Part shown: positions 62,101 to 64,000 of the stretch, one piece after another
How positions within the stretch are numbered: position 1 is the first letter of the stretch
Layout of the letters: the number at the start of each line of letters is the position of its first letter
Assembly (NCBI RefSeq): GCF_000143415.4
Contig: NW_003314318.1
Coordinates: 959,457 to 1,023,456 of the forward strand
Origin: Selaginella moellendorffii
Taxonomy: Eukaryota; Plantae; Lycopodiophyta
Reading direction: 5' to 3'
Length of the DNA stretch: 64,000 nucleotides
Notes under the pieces: model-generated
Told to the model about the DNA's origin: nothing
The model's input: only the letters and a program-made list of their open reading frames with translations
Database searches by the model: none
Program-made: the position numbers and the translations under genes

Positions 62101-63089
62101 ACTTTTGGTTCTCCAATCTACATGAAAGTGTTTCATTGTGACGTTGCATTTGGTCTTCTAAAGTTTGCATAACAAAAATTTGTATAAAAATTTGAATATA
62201 AGTTTTGAGGAAACAAAATTCTTTGCCTGGTATTTCTTGCTTGCTCTTCCTCTTATATCTATTCCAGATTTTAGCATTGTCAATTGGAAAAAATAGCATT
62301 AGAAGGAAAAAAAAAATATAACAAAACTTACAATTTCACAATTGTGAACTTTGATTTTATGTTGATTTAAAGCTAGTGAGGAAGGGTTTAGGGTTTAAGC
62401 CATGCTTGATCTACCCACTATCCCTACTATACATTTGGAAAACTCTATAGCCGTATACTTTGGGCTTTTACCCTAGTACTAAAAGTTAGTCTCTAGAATA
62501 AGTTTGAAACATATTAAATATGGAATGGTACCAAATTGCAAATTTGGACATAAGAGTAATACCATTGTGTTTAAAATAAGCTCTACATTCCATAAATATA
62601 CATAACTCACAAATCTAGACACTCTTTATAAGTAGTTAATAAGACCAAACAGAACTAACATGTGGGGCATGATAGCAAAGGTGTTTGATAGACATAGTAA
62701 ACTATCATTTGGTGATATTAAGGGACTAATCTTAAATTTTTTTCATAATAACATGTATAGAAGTTGTTATCACAAGAATAAAATAAAACATTTCTAGCCT
62801 ATAGTGTTGGAAACTAGAGAGGAAAGCCAAGCCCTAAACCTTAAATTCTAAACTCTTTTTTATTGGGGAAATAACTAACCAATTATCTTGAAACCCTCCT
62901 CAAATATGGATAGTATTTGCTAAATGGTCTTGATGGAATAATCTATCTAAACCCTAGGGTTTAAATATCTGTGTGTAGGGCACTGCATTCCTAGGATTTA
63001 GAGAGATTGTTAAAGACCATTCACCCAAGTTACTAAATGTTAAAATCTTTGGAAGGTTGTGATAGCAATATAATTAGTTTAGTATCTAT

Positions 63090-63148
<59 letters not shown>

Positions 63149-64000
63149 TAATTACTTTGAAGTAGTTTTGTGTGTTATTTTATTTTTGGCATTTATCATA
63201 GCCCTAATCCCTAAATCCAGGGTTTAGGGTTTAACCCTAGAACTGGGTTTAGGGTTTAACAGGGTTTAACTCTAAAACCCTAAGCCTAGGGGTTGGTTAT
63301 GCCTCCAAAAATTATAGCTGAAATATGTCTATGCTTAGAATATACTTTGGGTTTTAGGATTTAAATGTTTTGTTTTAAACCCTAAACCCTAGGGTTAAAA
63401 CTTTATAATAAGAAACCCTATTAGGAAATGGTGGCTTGTAAACTATTGCTAAAGTTGGTCTTGGTTTAGTCTTATATGTTGTGTAAGTCAGATTTTTTGG
63501 ATTTTTAACTCCATCTTAAGAAGATGGAGAGGGTCAAATATATAAGCATCACTTAATTTACCAAAAAACTATATATATATATATATATATATTCATTCTT
63601 TATGTCCTTTAGGGACCAATTACAAAAGAATTGGGCAAGCTGATCAATTGCTCTAAAAAAGAGTCATCACTTGCTCAGTAGGAGGGGAGCTAGACATTGC
63701 TGATGGAGTGCATCCCCTCCCTGGGCTGCTCAAAGGATTGTATCTAATTTAGGGTTTAGGGTTAAAGAGTTAAAGTGAATGATTTTCTTGTTGTAAGTCC
63801 AAAAACTCTAAAATGTCAAACTCCTAATGCCTAAACATGGAATCTTCAACTAATGAAGAAGGTTTATTATCTGAGATACACTTATAGAATCTAGTTTGCA
63901 ACATAACTGAAAAAACTATCAAGCCTCAAAAAGAGGAAAAAATGAAAGGAAATCTTTATGATAGTTTAGTGTAACATATGTGATTATGGGATAAATTAAG
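59150..64000. repeat. AT-rich degenerate repeat region with interstitial TTTAGGG/CCCTAAA motifs, a ~135-bp direct repeat and (TA)n microsatellites
   Basis: Repeat at ~61671-61806 and ~62415-62549. Telomere-like motifs near 62385, 63200-63400 and 63750. (TA)n at ~63095-63143 and ~63570-63592. Confidence 0.7.

Overview
Eukaryotic land-plant nuclear DNA. It is very gene-dense, with 50-90 nt introns, intergenic gaps often under 200 bp and an intronless PLS/DYW PPR gene. This pattern is most consistent with a Selaginella-type lycophyte genome (inference). About 23 protein-coding genes can be read: UROS/HemD, PABN, ACL5, a NAT transporter, DUF4228, PPR-DYW, ASCH, GH28, organellar RecA, RluA, FPGS, an ATM-like ABCB, PLAT, nsLTP, Rho_N, sHSP, LCAT3/4, RPI, HMGB and several unknowns. 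Non-coding elements that the ORF track does not show include a ~225-nt MIRNA-like foldback (1378-1601) and two polycistronic snoRNA clusters. The first (17.9-18.3 kb, +) holds an H/ACA candidate, U24 and snoR44. The second (47.0-47.3 kb, -) holds three C/D RNAs, one with compensatory non-canonical C/D boxes. An AT-rich island at 18.4-28 kb contains decayed Ty3/gypsy-family LTR elements and an intron-containing Merlin/IS1595-type transposase relic. Other notable items are an intronless Crinkler-like REase+kinase gene with both active sites apparently degenerate (57.6-59.0 kb), a repeat-flanked orphan secreted-protein gene (41.8-42.2 kb) and a 12-bp gap between the RluA and FPGS coding sequences. 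Spliced-gene coordinates were read by eye and may be off by a few bases.
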